Origin: Felis catus
Lineage: Eukaryota
Length of the DNA: 64,000 nucleotides
Assembly (NCBI RefSeq): GCF_018350175.1
Contig: NC_058368.1
Span: 77,192,001-77,256,000, forward strand
Direction of reading: 5' to 3'
The notes under the pieces were generated by a model. The model made no database searches. It worked only from the letters and a program-made list of their open reading frames with translations, and had not been told where the DNA came from. Positions 23,672-36,410 of the stretch are shown one piece after another. The position numbers and the translations under genes were made by a program. The first letter of the stretch is position 1. Each line of letters begins with the position of its first letter.

Positions 23672-25552
23672 TATTGGATTCTTTCAATATTCCAAACAAC
23701 CTGCATCGATTTCCTTGCTACATCAGGACCACACATTTATAACACAGATAATCAAGCTTTTGTTATTATTAAAACTATTTTTCAACAGTTGGTGTTTTCT
23801 TTACCGTTGTGCCAGATAACAAGCTACATTTAATACATCGAATCTGATTTTGGAAAACATTACCACTTTGGCCATCAGACCCGGGTATATATTCTTGATT
23901 TGTTATCAACAAGCCACGGAAAAACCTCTCAGCGGTGTTGGTGAAAAGAGAATTTATTTCCTCTCCATCCAGAGCACACGGATTCTCCACAGACCTGTGT
24001 ACACGCCACCAAATATTTCCTCCAGGCAAGCCTATGGGCTGGAACATTATGCTCTAAGACTTTTTTTTTTTTGTTTTTTAAGTGATGACAGAGTTAGATG
24101 TTTCACAAACTAAAAGCCAAAAGAGTATGCTGGGACATCCAGCATGGAGTAAAAAATGTATGAAGTCACTAGCCTTCTAGACTCCTTTCCAGACGCAGGG
24201 AACACAGATGTGAGGGAAAAGCTGGGAGATTATTACCCATAAATTATCAGGAGGAGTTGCTAGTGTTTGAAAGTTTGATTTCAATATCCTGTGTCTTGAA
24301 CTCCTTTTCTTATACTTTCTGTCCATCTGGCTGCCTCAAATTTGAAAGATAACTTTGACAAAAGAGAACTTAGATAAGAGAGAGAAGTTCCCTAACAGAG
24401 GCAGCCATGATACCCGAGGGAGAAAAGTAGTAAATGCGGTAAGAAGACAGAAAGCAAAGCATCTGTCTGAGAATACACAGAAAATCCAGCCATAAGAACA
24501 GGGGTATATGGGAAGCAGCCAGGCTAGAGCAATGAATTTCAACTAGGTCTCTGCAAAAATGAAATACAATTCATTGATGTACTGAAACGTCACAACTTGT
24601 TGTGTGCACGTGTATGCATGCCTGCGTTACCAAGACCGTAATATACTCTTGACTTCTACCAAGTCAGGTCGCCGTTGATCACCCAAAGTCTAAAAGCACA
24701 GGAAGCCAGTCCAGAAGCATCCGGTGTGGCCAGAACACGGTCTAGCGTCAACCACCTGCCAGGACTGACCCACAGCAGGAACCATTTGTTCATGGAGCAC
24801 AAGGAGCTTGTTGCCAAATGTGTGCAGTTCCTACCTTAAATGCAATGGATGCCCCCCAGAGGAAGGCTTCACTACGTTGATATCAAAATACGGCCGTTAT
24901 TGGGCAATACATAATTAAAACGATTGGTTTCATTTTTTGTATATGTGCTGCCGAAGCGAGCACTTGATTTCCTTCTTGTGGGAATGGTTTTAGGTGTACA
25001 AATAATACATAATAGCCATAGAAATTTAGAAAGAAAACCCCCCATAACTCCACGACCCAGAGATAAATATTGTTTGAAGATTTGTGGACATTTTCCCCAA
25101 TGTTTTTTATATGTGTTATAAATCAGATTATATGTAAAGAATTCTCCGTCTTGCTTTTGTTGATTATATGTCACCTTCCCCCACTATATTAATTACTTCA
25201 TAATGTGATTTTCAACGGCTGTATAATATTTCATTTTATGAACGTTTTATAATTTACTTTCCCTGATGGCTTTTCATTGTCAGGCATTATTGTTTGAGTA
25301 GTTGTAACTAAAAATGGAGTTAGAAGGAATAGTTAATTTAACTGCTTTTTGATATATGATGTCAATTATTGTGGCTTGCGTGACATCTACTAAGATACCA
25401 AAAGCTGCTCAGGAGAAATGGAAAAGAAGATAATTACTACAACCAGAGGAAATCATTTCAATTATTTTATTCAACTTTTAACTAAATTATAGTTTAATTT
25501 ATTTTAAAAATTGTCAGTATTCCTAAGGCTTATCAAGAAATGAGCCCACTCT

Positions 25553-25770
25553 GGGGTGCCTGGATGGATCAGTCGGTTACACGTCTGACCCTTGATTTTG
25601 GCTCAGGTCAGGATCTCAAGGTTTGTGAGTTCGATCCCCATGTGGGGCTCCGCATTGACAGTGCAGAGTCTGTCTGGAATTCTCTCTCTTTCCCTCTCTC
25701 TCTGTCCCTCCCCTACTCATGCTCTCTCTCTCTCTCTCTCTCTGAATGAATAAATAAAATTAAAAAAAAA
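25553..25770 (+). mobile_element. Older CanSINE
   Basis: GGGGTGCCTGGATGGATCAGTCGGTT head, (CT)n and AATAAA/poly-A tail. Confidence 0.93.
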
Positions 25771-26148
25771 ATGGCCCCATTCTTACATTTTGCTTTGCTC
25801 TGCTAGAGTATATGTTTATGTGCATATGCTCATGTATGATCTCCATGTTTCAAAACTTTCCTTTAAGCGGAAGTATTGAAGCTTTTATTTTGAGGGCTCA
25901 ATGATTTATCATGCTTAGAATCTCATTTGAAATCCAATTTAAAAATATTTGAAAAGCTCGTCCATCTTGAGTCGTGGTATCCTTCAAAATCAATGGCAGA
26001 TTATATCACCTACAGTGGTAGCAAAATTAAACAACTGTTTTCCCTAATGTGTTACGGATACAAAAGAAGACTGTATTTTTTTTTTAGAACACATTCTTTT
26101 ACCCATGAAAATCCAATGATCCACATACATGTTTCCTGAAAAATATAG

Positions 26149-26531
26149 TGTGTCAGTCAGGGTCCAACCAGAGAAGCAGAACCAATAGGGGAGAGGAGTA
26201 GGAGGTGATAAAAAGTAAATAGATACAGATATAGATGGGTGGATGGATAGATAGATAGAAAATCGGTGTTTTCATTTATTGCAAAGAATTGGCTTACACC
26301 ACTGTGGGAACTAAGTCTGAAGGCCCAGGGAAGTCCTAAACCTTCTTTTTTTTTAGGGGCTCACCTGGTAAGGTCAGACCCATTTAGGGTAGTCTCTCTT
26401 TGGATTCACATAAAGTCAAATAATTGGGGATTCTAATCACATCCACAGAACCCCTCGATTCATGTTTGATTGAACAACTAACTGAAGACTAGTTTAGTCT
26501 AGCCAACTTGCCGTCTCAGAAAGTCATAACA
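26149..26531 (-). mobile_element. ERVL MLT2-like solo LTR with internal (ATAG)n
   Basis: TGTGTCAGTCAGGGTCCAACCAGAGAAGCAGAACCAATAGG...TTTATTGCAAAGAATTGGCTTAC...GTCTAGCCAACTTG is the reverse-complement MLT2 pattern. Confidence 0.8.
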
Positions 26532-28650
26532 CGTGAGGATAAAATAAAATAAAGTCCCATTTTCAATGCTTATTGAAAAAAGTTTGACAGTCTTGGTTTT
26601 TTGTCATTTTTTTTGAGCTGAAAGAGTTAACAAAGATGGGCACCATGACGTCTAAATTCATTATTTGTCTCCAGGGTGTCGGGCTTGCATGAGATGCGTA
26701 GTTAGACCTACACGAATTTTGTATACTTTTGTGCCATATGTTATTGACTACTGCAGTTTTTCTTTAAGCTTTTAGCCACCATTTGCATTAATATTAATAT
26801 TTAATACAATTATGGCTAATATTACCCTCTGAATGCTTTTATATAATAATAGCTTTGCATTTACACAATACCGCTCTGGCCAAGAGCTGTGAGTGCTTCG
26901 TCGACAGTGAGCCAGATTTCTTCCCCTGAGCAAGCTGTTCTCCATGTACCCCTGGAGAAATGTTAACACTTTAGAACAGGACCTTGATTTGTGCTTACAG
27001 CAGAAATAAAGTAATCAGTGTTCTTATAGCAGAAGATACTTCTCCAATAGGTCCTGGGAGGATTATTCAGTGTTTTAAGCACTTCACAAAATCTCATATG
27101 GAATAGTTATTCGTTACACTCGTGTAATTGAACACAGAACATGGGACATTGTAAAAGTCAGTATTTTTGAGTGATGGATAAGCCGTGGCCTATTGCTCAG
27201 GTCAGTGGGATTTTCCAGGGGTTTTAGGAAAGAGGCGGGTGTAGTTTGCTTAGGGTAGCAGCCTTCCTATTATGCATGCAAAAGAGAATTTTTATGACCA
27301 GGAGGAGGAAAGTTCTTGGTTGTAAAGATTGGGGTAACCTAAGTGCTTTCTTTTTGGCTGGAAAAATAAGTACCCTCTATTGTGTTCAGACGAAGATATT
27401 ATCAATGATATGTCCCAGGGGACAACATCATTCTATTAAACAATAAGCCAACCTGCTGATACTTTAGAGTAAGTACTCAACGAGGGGCTCATGAAATCTC
27501 CTGCTGGTATTGTCCTAAATTGCTCTGTAGTTTGAGCAATTCGCTTAACTTTCCTGTCTCTGTTTCTTCATTTATATGGTTAGGGATTGATCTAATGACA
27601 TTTCTCAACCCATTTGTGTCTAAAACTCTAGAAAAGAAGAGGTCAGATGTGTGGAATGCTGCAAAAATTACCTAGAAAAAGGGTACAGGCATTCTCATTT
27701 GATATTAGAAATACTTCAGTTTTTTTTTTTTTTTTTTTTGGTCCTTAAATGCCGAAAAATTTCTATACCTTATCGGGGCAAAGACATAGCCTGCAATACA
27801 ACACAAATGGACAGATTTAATATTTATTCTAGATACCTTGGTGACTTAGCTGATTTTATATATTCTGGCATAATTTGAAGACTCGGCCAGATCATCGTTT
27901 AACCTTCAACTTAAAATTCTTAGTCTAAATCAATTATTTCCTAACCTTTAAAAGATTGCAATTTCAAAGCTAATCTTTTGGATTCCCTTGGATGTGAATT
28001 CTCTCAAGCATTGGAAGTGTTCTAAACATCAAAGGCACAAGTTGTTGTTCCCAAACTTAACACAAAAGTCTTCATACTATGAATTTGGTTTATGTCATCA
28101 GCGTGCGTAATTCCAAACCTTCCTGGTTTATTTATAATAGTGTCTATTTACCTTTTATGGAAACGATTTCCTGTCCCAAGTACATTGGGTAGCATCATCA
28201 GCGGGCTGAGTCTGCGTATTCAGAGATTCCGGCTAGAGTAAGAGATCTGGAGTTGTAGACACCCAGAGCAATTTTTCTCACAACTGCGAGAGATGGTGCT
28301 TTCTTGTCACGGTTTCTGGGTGGAACCACCCGGCCGGGGGTCTGGACCACATTTTGATTTGGATCTGTGACATCTCTAATTCCCAGCTGATGTGAGTCTG
28401 CAAAGTGTCTAGGCTCCTTCATCCCTCGTGTGGAAGCAGCTAACAATTAATACGAAATAGCATTTACTCTTTGGTGTTCATCTGAATCTGCCTCATACTC
28501 ATTGCTATTCAGAAATTACCGAACTTGATTCTGCCCGACTCATGTCTTTATCTGGCTATGGCACAGATGCGGCTCCTTGTTCATTTTGATGACAGTTGAG
28601 ATTTTCCTTTCAGATATACTGTACCATTTGAGCCTTACCCTTTCAGGCGC

Positions 28651-28990
28651 GGGGGGGGGGGGGGGGAAGAACAAATGTATTAATATTATCACTATTTCTT
28701 TTTCTCCTTCTTCTCTTTCTTTTCTCTTTCTGCTTCTCCTTTTTCTTCTTCTTTTCTCTCCCTCCTTTTCCTCCCCCTCCTCCTCCCCTCCTCTTCCTCC
28801 CCTCCGCCTCCTCCCCTCCTCCTCCTCTCCTCTTCCTTCTCCCCTCCTCCACTGCTCCTCCTCCTCCCTCTCCTCCTCCCCTCTTTCTCCTCCCCCTTCC
28901 CCTTCCCCTCCTCCTTCTTTTTCTTCTTCTTTTTCTTCTTCTTCCCCTCTTCTCCTCCTCCTCCTACCCCTTCTTCCTCTTTTACTATTT
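28651..28990. repeat. G16 run followed by about 290 bp of almost pure polypyrimidine (CT-rich) low-complexity sequence
   Basis: Direct reading. Confidence 0.93.
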
Positions 28991-29250
28991 CTATCATTAT
29001 TATCCTGAAACTAATTTGTTGAGTTCAAAGGAAATTTCTAGAAACTAATATAGCTGTGAGCTCCATGGCAGGTCTCGCTAAACTTTTGTTAAAGGAAAAA
29101 CTATTTCTTCTAACTTTTCTTATACAGTATCAGAGCTGTACAATAATACATAGTTAAATTTCTTTATTTCTATGACTTAAAAAGTCTGCTCCAGGATCCC
29201 TCCAAGCTGACAGAGATGGGCATCTAGTGACAATGAAGTGGGGCGTGAGC

Positions 29251-30703
29251 TGTGAAGCGGTCAGTTGTGTGAAGTGACCAGTTGTGTGAAGTGTGAAGTG
29301 GTCAGTTGTGTGAAGTGACCAGTTGTGTGAAGTGTGAAGTGGTCAGTTGTGTGAAGTGATCAGTTGTGTGAAGTGTGAAGTGGTCAGGTGTGAAGTGGTC
29401 AGTTGTGTGAAGTGTGAAGTGATCAGTTGTGTGAAGTGATCAGTTGTGTGAAGTGTGAAGTGGTCAGTTGTGTGAAGTGTGAAGTGGTCAGTTGTGTGAA
29501 GTGGTCAGTTGTGTGAAGTGTGAAGTGGCCAGTTGTGTGAAGTGGTCAGTTGTGTGAAGTGTGAAGTGATCAGTTGTGTGAAGTGTGAAGTGGTCAGTTG
29601 TGTGATCAGTTGTGTGAAGTGTGAAGTGGTCAGTTGTGTGAAGTGGTCAGTTGTGTGAAGTGTGAAGTGATCAGTTGTGTGAAGTGTGAAGTGGTCAGCT
29701 GTGTGAAGTGTGAAGTGGTCAGTTGTGTGAAGTGTGAAGTGGTCAGTTGTGTGAAGTGATCAGTTGTGTGAAGTGTGAAGTGGTCAGCTGTGTGAAGTGT
29801 GAAGTGGTCAGTTGTGTGAAGTGTGAAGTGGTCAGTTGTGTGAAGTGATCAGTTGTGTGAAGTGTGAAGTGGTCAGCTGTGTGAAGTGTGAAGTGGTCAG
29901 CTGTGTGAAGTGTGAAGTGGTCAGTTGTGTGAAGTGTGAAGTGGTCAGTTGTGTGAAGTGATCAGTTGTGTGAAGTGTGAAGTGGTCAGTTGTGTGAAGT
30001 GTGAAGCGGTCAGTTGTGTGGTCAGTTGTGTGAAGTGGTCAGTTGTGTGAAGTGTGAAGCGGTCAGTTGTGTGAAGTGGTCAGTTGTGTGAAGTGGTCAG
30101 TTGTGTGAAGTGTGAAGTGGTCAGTTGTGTGAAGTGTGAAGTGGTCAGCTGTGTGAAGTGTGAAGTGGTTAGTTGTGTGAAGTGGTCAGTTGTGTGAAGT
30201 GTGAAGTGGTCAGTTGTGTGAAGTGTGAAGTGGTCAGCTGTGTGAAGTGTGAAGTGGTTAGTTGTGTGAAGTGGTCAGTTGTGTGAAGTGTGAAGTGGTC
30301 AGCTGTGTGAAGTGTGAAGTGGTCAGTTGTGTGAAGTGGTCAGTTGTGTGAAGTGTGAAGTGGTCAGCTGTGTGAAGTGTGAAGCGATCAGTTGTGTGAA
30401 GTGGTCAGTTGTGTGAAGTGATCAGTTGTGTGAAGTGTGAAGCGGTCAGTTGTGTGAAGTGGTCAGTTGTGTGAAGTGGTCAGTTGTGTGAAGTGTGAAG
30501 CGGTCAGTTGTGTGAAGTGGTCAGTTGTGTGAAGTGATCAGTTGTGTGAAGTGTGAAGCGGTCAGTTGTGTGAAGTGGTCAGTTGTGTGAAGTGGTCAGT
30601 TGTGTGAAGTGTGAAGCGGTCAGTTGTGTGAAGTGGTCAGTTGTGTGAAGTGGTCAGTTGTGTGAAGTGTGAAGTGGTCAGCTGTGTGAAGTGGTCAGCT
30701 GTG
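29251..30703. repeat. Minisatellite (VNTR-like) of 17-bp (GTGGTCAGTTGTGTGAA) and 24-bp (+GTGTGAA) units
   Basis: Uninterrupted array of about 1.45 kb with recurring point variants (GATC, GCGG, CAGCTG, GGTT). Confidence 0.98.
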
Positions 30704-31334
30704 CTGCTCCAGCGACCGGCTGGGCAAGTACACAAGGCTACAGCCTTTGGGGCTCACTTGCCCGGCCTCCATCCTACAGGTCAGGCCTCTTGCCCACAAG
30801 AATCAGGCTTGGGGCCTTGAATGCTGCCCTTGGACAATCAGGGCCTGACTCAGAGGAACTGCTTCACTATATTACTCTTCCTCCAAACTCCCTCCCTTCC
30901 GACTCCCTTCTTCCTGCGTGTGGACACCTCAAGACCTCCCTCCTCCCGGGTTGAGGAGGATTTGTGTAAGCGTCCTAGCTCCTGACCTCCAGCTCTCCCA
31001 GGGGTCTAGGCTTTTCCAAATAGTCTGGGTTGGCGAGGCTTCTGAGTTCTCACCAGCTTCTGTTTTGTCCTAAAAAATCACACCCACATGCACGTAGACA
31101 CACGAGGCAAGGAGACCCAAAGTCCTTACTAACTTTTTGGGACGGGGAGAAAAATAACAATAGGATAAAGAATTAACAGGAGTTAATAAGTCAGCAAATT
31201 TTCTTGCAACATGTATTTTGAGTTATTATTATCCGAGACGTAATTTACATTCACATAGTGATGGCTATTTTGTGTACTCTCCTCTACCCATGATCTTTAA
31301 TCTTTGTAATACTTTGTCAAGTCACGTGCAAAGT

Positions 31335-31405
31335 TACAACCCCATTCTGCACATGAGGAACCAGACATGCAAGGAGATTAAGTGCTTGTCTGAGTCTCAC
31401 GACTC
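31335..31405 (-). mobile_element. MIR core fragment
   Basis: CCCATTCTGCACATGAGGAACCAGACATGCAAGGAGATTAAGTGCTTGTCTGAGTCTCAC. Confidence 0.65.
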
Positions 31406-32104
31406 GAAGCGTGTGTGTGCGTGTGCATGTGTGCGTGTCCTCAATGGTGGTTACACATTAGAATGACTGGGGAAGCCAACACATGACGCCCATTCAGTTC
31501 AACAAATTGAATCTGAGTCTCTGGGCGTGGCCTGGCATTGTTATTTCCCTTTGGGTTTCCAGATGATTCTGATATGCGAGCAGAGATGACTATCAGAACT
31601 GAGCTTAAAATATAGGTTTTTCTCATTTCAAATGCCTTGTTTTTAATGTGATAGCAACAGCAATCATTTGAATCCGAGGACGCTTATTCTTTCTGGCTCC
31701 GTGAGGTAGAGGGGGACTTTTCTCATGAGGCGCTTCTCAGAGCACTCAGCCATCCAGGGGAGGACCCGCAAAGAACAGCCTGGTAGTGAGAAGTAGGCAG
31801 GGGCAGGACAGACGCCGGATGCTCCTGGAGGTCCTGCAGATCCACTGTCTTCTGGCTGGTTGTACAAAGGAAGTGTCCCTAAATAGCGTGGTGTCATGAA
31901 GTCTAGGGCGTTTCGAGTCTACAGGCACCAACCCTGAATTCCGGTGTCGCACCGCATCGTGGGTAAGAGGGAGAAGGCCCAAGAGGAGGACAACAGAAAT
32001 CCACGGATGCTCCATGGATGGAACGGATTATCTAAGGGGATGGTGAACATCTATTCACAGGGGGTTATGCAGAAGCTGGATGGCAACAGGGGTATGAGTT
32101 GACC

Positions 32105-32240
32105 GATGAATTAATTGAACATTTACTAAGTGCCTCCCGCATCCCAGCCACTGTATTCCACCCTGGGGATTCAGCCGTACACCAAACAAAATTCGAGTTG
32201 AAAAAACACAAATTCTAGCTGGGAGAGACTAATAAATAAA
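32105..32240 (-). mobile_element. L2 3' end fragment
   Basis: AACATTTTACTAAGTGCCTCC...CCTGGGGATTCAGC...AATTCTAGCTGGGAGAGAC. Confidence 0.65.
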
Positions 32241-35029
32241 CGATAATCATATATGTCATCGTATCTCCCCTAACATAATGTTAGCACCCACTTCTGCAGA
32301 GGGAATTGGCCAAAGCGCTCAACTAGGGCGATGAATAATGTTCGTCCCGCGACGGTGAGGTTTTCGGGTTCCTCTCTGCTGTTCGATTTCTTGGTCCTCA
32401 TCGTCATGATTTACGTCGCCTTTGTTCCCCCGGTGTCTGTTCAGTAGATGCGGAGGGATCAAGAAGGGGAGAAAAGAAGGGCTACGATTTCTTGCTCTGC
32501 TCTGGCTGCATTATTTACGATGCAGGTTCTTAGGGAGGACAGAGATCCATCGTTAACTGCGATAAGCAAGCAGCATTCTGTGCTCTGTAAGACAGCCTCC
32601 CTGATTCGGGGCTCTGGGCTTCCTTCCCTTTGGGTGGCACTGATTTCCCTCATCCGCCGGCTGGGAAAATATATTTAGCAATGCAGTTGAACTCCTTCAA
32701 AATGTACCTGCTTTATTGAGTGAAAGATGAGAGTCTTATTTACTCAAGAGAAAGGTCAGATGATGAGGGGGAAAACTATGTAAAATATGAGCTTGAAGTC
32801 CGCTTTAGGTTAGGTTTTTAAAACTCGTGATCTGTGCAAAATGGTAGTCTCTTTCACAGGTATGTAGAAACTTGAAGGTTGTAAGGGAGTTAGTGACAAA
32901 AGTCTTTGTTTATAAAATAAAGATCTGATCAGGAAAAAAGGTAAAACTTGAAGGGAATGGTCTCAAAAAGAAAAAGAAAGAAAAAAAAAAGGCAGCAAGT
33001 AAAGAAAATCCCTTGAGGCAGTCAGGTGTGAAGGGGTCTTCTAGACTGAGAGATAAAAAGCAGCCTGGTTTCTTATTACCTTAATTGCTTCCTGCCTGCT
33101 TGGGTCCCTAGTAGAGGGTAGAGCCAGGGGATGGGAAGGAAGAGAAAGCACTTTCTGGAATGATAAGAACAGGCACACTGAGACACCTACCATTTAATTA
33201 GCACGAGTGGCCTCAATTGCTGAGTGGATCTAGGGCGGGCAATGGGGAGAAGGCCCTTGGCGTGTGTAGAAAGCCGGAGCGCCTGAGAAGACAGGATGGT
33301 CCAGTGTCCCACGGCTGAGGTTTCCGAGATGTATGTCAGCCCCAGAAGCGCTATGACCCTAAAATCCAACTTCACACCTGGTTAGGAAGACGCCGTCTAA
33401 AGAGAGACAGAGAGAACGGCTGGCTACATTAAGCTGTATGTGAGAGTAAGCAAAGACTGAAAAATGGGCATTTGACTTGAGCACTTCAAAAGACCTTCTC
33501 TTTAAATGCACGCAATATGGTATTCTTTGATTTCCAGCCTATTTAATGATTGCACCGTGCATAAGAGTTCAATGAATAAAGATCTGTATTCGTTTGTGTC
33601 TTTATCACTCACTGGTTAAAAGCCTGGTCACCAGGCCAGTCGGAGGAAGGAAGCAGGATCCACTGTAATCGTCGGGGGGAAGCCTGTCCTTTGATGAGGG
33701 ACATTAACTCTTCAGAGTTAAAACCACTACCTTAGCCGTAATGTGGCCATTACCAGTGTTGTCTTCCAGGGCTAAAAAGCAATTCGGAGGAAGTTCTTTT
33801 ATTCGTCCAGCCAATAATGGAGTCTACTGTGTGCCAAGCACTTACAGGGAACTGAGAGGGGCTGGAACGCTCTGTCCTTCGGAAGCTCCGGGCTGGAGAA
33901 GGCTTTGCAGCAGGCTCAACTCAAGAGGACTATTTCAGAAAGAAATGGTTCGGGGTCCAGCCCGAGGCGCGAGGTGGAAGTCCTCGGAAGAGGCCTGGGC
34001 TACTTTTCTCACCAAAGTACATGGAGTTACAGATTTTCAGATTGACTTAGTTTCCCAGATTTTTAGGAAAACACATTTTCTCAGGCACATGTGGTATAAA
34101 GAGGGTGAGTTTTACAGGCGCTCCGGGACTAAGTTGTGCATTTGACAGGCCGTTTACCCCTTCTGAGCTTGAGGGGGGACTCCACAGCTGTCACCCAGAG
34201 ATAGCTAGCTGTCCCAAGGAGTGACTGAGATAACGCAGCTAACGGGGTGCACAGGAAGTGGTTCGTAGTCAGAAGCTACTATCATAATGCCGGGGGAGGG
34301 GCGCCGGAATCACTTCTTATTCAGGACTTGACCGTGCATATCTGGTGATGTGGCTCACGACCTTCAAACCTTGCCACCACAACGGTCCACAGAAAGCCCA
34401 GAGCTCCCCATGATGCTTCCCGATTTAGACCCTTTGCTGACTCCATCGCCTAAAGACAAAATCTCTTTCTTGCTGGATCCGCAAGGTGGGCGGTGATTCA
34501 CCGAGCCCTGCTTTCCCCATCTCATCTCCTACTTCCCTTCTGCCTCTTTGAACCTTCTCCCCCACCAAGACCAGATGAAGTGCAAGCCCCGATCACAGGA
34601 TACTAGCCCACCACCCCCTTCCTTCGGACCTGCCTTTTCTTCTGTTCCGATGCCCCTTCACCAAGTCTTGCTGTAAACGGGGTGGTTTGTTTTTTCATGC
34701 TTGGCGCATTATGGACAACCTCCCCGGGCCATGGCAACGTGACTATACTCTGTCTCTAACGCACCCGGTTGTTCTCCTATTCTGGAACACTGAGATGTGT
34801 CCATGGTCCCGCTCCCTGTCTACACTGCAGACTCCTCAGGGTCTCGCGTTTGCCTTTGTGCCTCCAGTTCCCAGCCCATTGCCTGACATGCAGTTCGCAT
34901 TGAGTAATGTCTCCTGAAGGGGACCTCACTGCAGGTACCTCTTCCCACCAGCCTCCCGGCACACATACAACTTGCAGGGGTGTGTGTGTGGGGGGGTGTT
35001 GATTTGGTGTAATGTGTTTTACAAATTCT

Positions 35030-36030
35030 TGTTTCCCCTTAAGATAAAGTCCTGACCATCGCTATGGTGCGTTGTTAGCATGGTCGATAATTATAAATCT
35101 TGTTCCAGACAGTTTATCTCCATTATTGTGTAACCCAGAATCGATCTGCTATGCGTCATCTCGGGCATCTCGCTGTCCTCCGTGTCCTTCTACAGTGACC
35201 CGTGTGCATATCTAAAGCCGTGTGGCCATCACCACTTTCCTGGTCCTGTTGAACTCCTCTGTGCCCTCAGACACCTTTGACCATTTGCTTTAATTACACC
35301 CCATCTTTCTTATGATTTGCTCTGTATTGCTTTGAGGTCCCCTGTCTCCAATGTCATTGGTGTCCCTTGATGATATATTCTGGAACCAGTTCAGCGTGTC
35401 TGGAATATGCGTCTATTCGTCAGAATAACCTGCGCTCATCACCTACACTGTCACACTAATGGCACTTGGGGATATTTATGGGTCTTTGCAAAGACCACAA
35501 TGGCTTCTGCTGTATCTGCTGATTGCTCTTCTGATACTAATGTTTGGCTGTTGGCTAATTTTCTTAAGCATAATTCTGATAACACAGCGCTCTTACAGAA
35601 AAGTCCTCTCCACAGAGATAACTATTAGCTTCTTCATTCTGCATGATTTCTTGAGTCTTTTTTCAGACTTTCTCATCTTTGAATCACCTTTGACTTTGAG
35701 TCTCCTTGTGGGACGTATTTGAAGCAAACTGTCGTTTGCGTGATTATCTTCGTGTCGCTGTCCTAAATGTAAATCCCTGACGTGTGACAAGGATTGAAAT
35801 GGAACACAACAGCACGGGCCTGCGTCACCACCCCTCACGCCTGCGTCCGAACGTGAACTGATGTATCGATCGTCACCCCCAGCCCTCCTGGGTGTCTTTT
35901 GTCACCATTCGGCACGATGACCCACTTTCTGCTCCCAGTTTAACACACCGTTCCTTCTTCTCTTGAATACTAGCGTTTTCATGTCATTCCTCTCCCTGGG
36001 CTAGGAAATCTACATCACTGATTTCTTCGA
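35030..36030 (-). mobile_element. Highly decayed ancient L1 ORF2 fragment
   Basis: Antisense L1-like motifs, e.g. TCTGATACTAAT and TCTGATAACACAGC...CTTTCTCATCTTTGAATC...GAGTCTCCTTGTGGAC. Weak. Confidence 0.4.
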
Positions 36031-36067
36031 GTGACTTTCTGTTTTTCCCTTTGAGCCTTTTCCTTGC

Positions 36068-36410
36068 TTTTTCGTTTTGTTTTTTCGTTTTGTTTGTTTT
36101 GAGAAACAGACAGAGAGAGAGAGAGAGAGAGAGCGCATGAGCAGCGGAGGGGCAGAGGGAGAGAGAGAATCTTTTGTTGTTGTTGTTGTTGTTATTAAAG
36201 TTTTATTTATTTATTTTTGGGAGATAGTGCGTGTGAGTTGGGGAGAGACAGAGAGAGGTGGGGGGCGGGGGCGGAGAGAGAATTCCAAGCAGGCTTCATG
36301 CTATCAGCACAGAGCCAGACACAGGGCTCAAACCCTCGACCCTGAGAGATCATGACCTGAGCCGAAATCAAGAGTCAGACGCTCAACCAACCGAGCCACC
36401 CAGGTGCCCC
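36068..36410 (-). mobile_element. CanSINE with two successive 3' (CT-rich + A-tail) modules
   Basis: One head (36284-36410) and two tails (36171-36273 and 36068-36170). GAGAGAGAAT is repeated at 36161-36170 and 36274-36283. Confidence 0.88.

Noticed and set aside
28577..29008. 143-aa Ser/Pro/Leu-rich ORF and antisense Glu/Lys/Arg/Gly-rich ORFs
   Set aside because: Translation of the CT-rich low-complexity tract.
29251..30703. CRISPR-like or repeat-encoded protein interpretation of the array
   Set aside because: There are no unique spacers and no cas genes, and the context is mammalian. The 17-bp units shift frame and introduce TGA stops, so there is no ORF.
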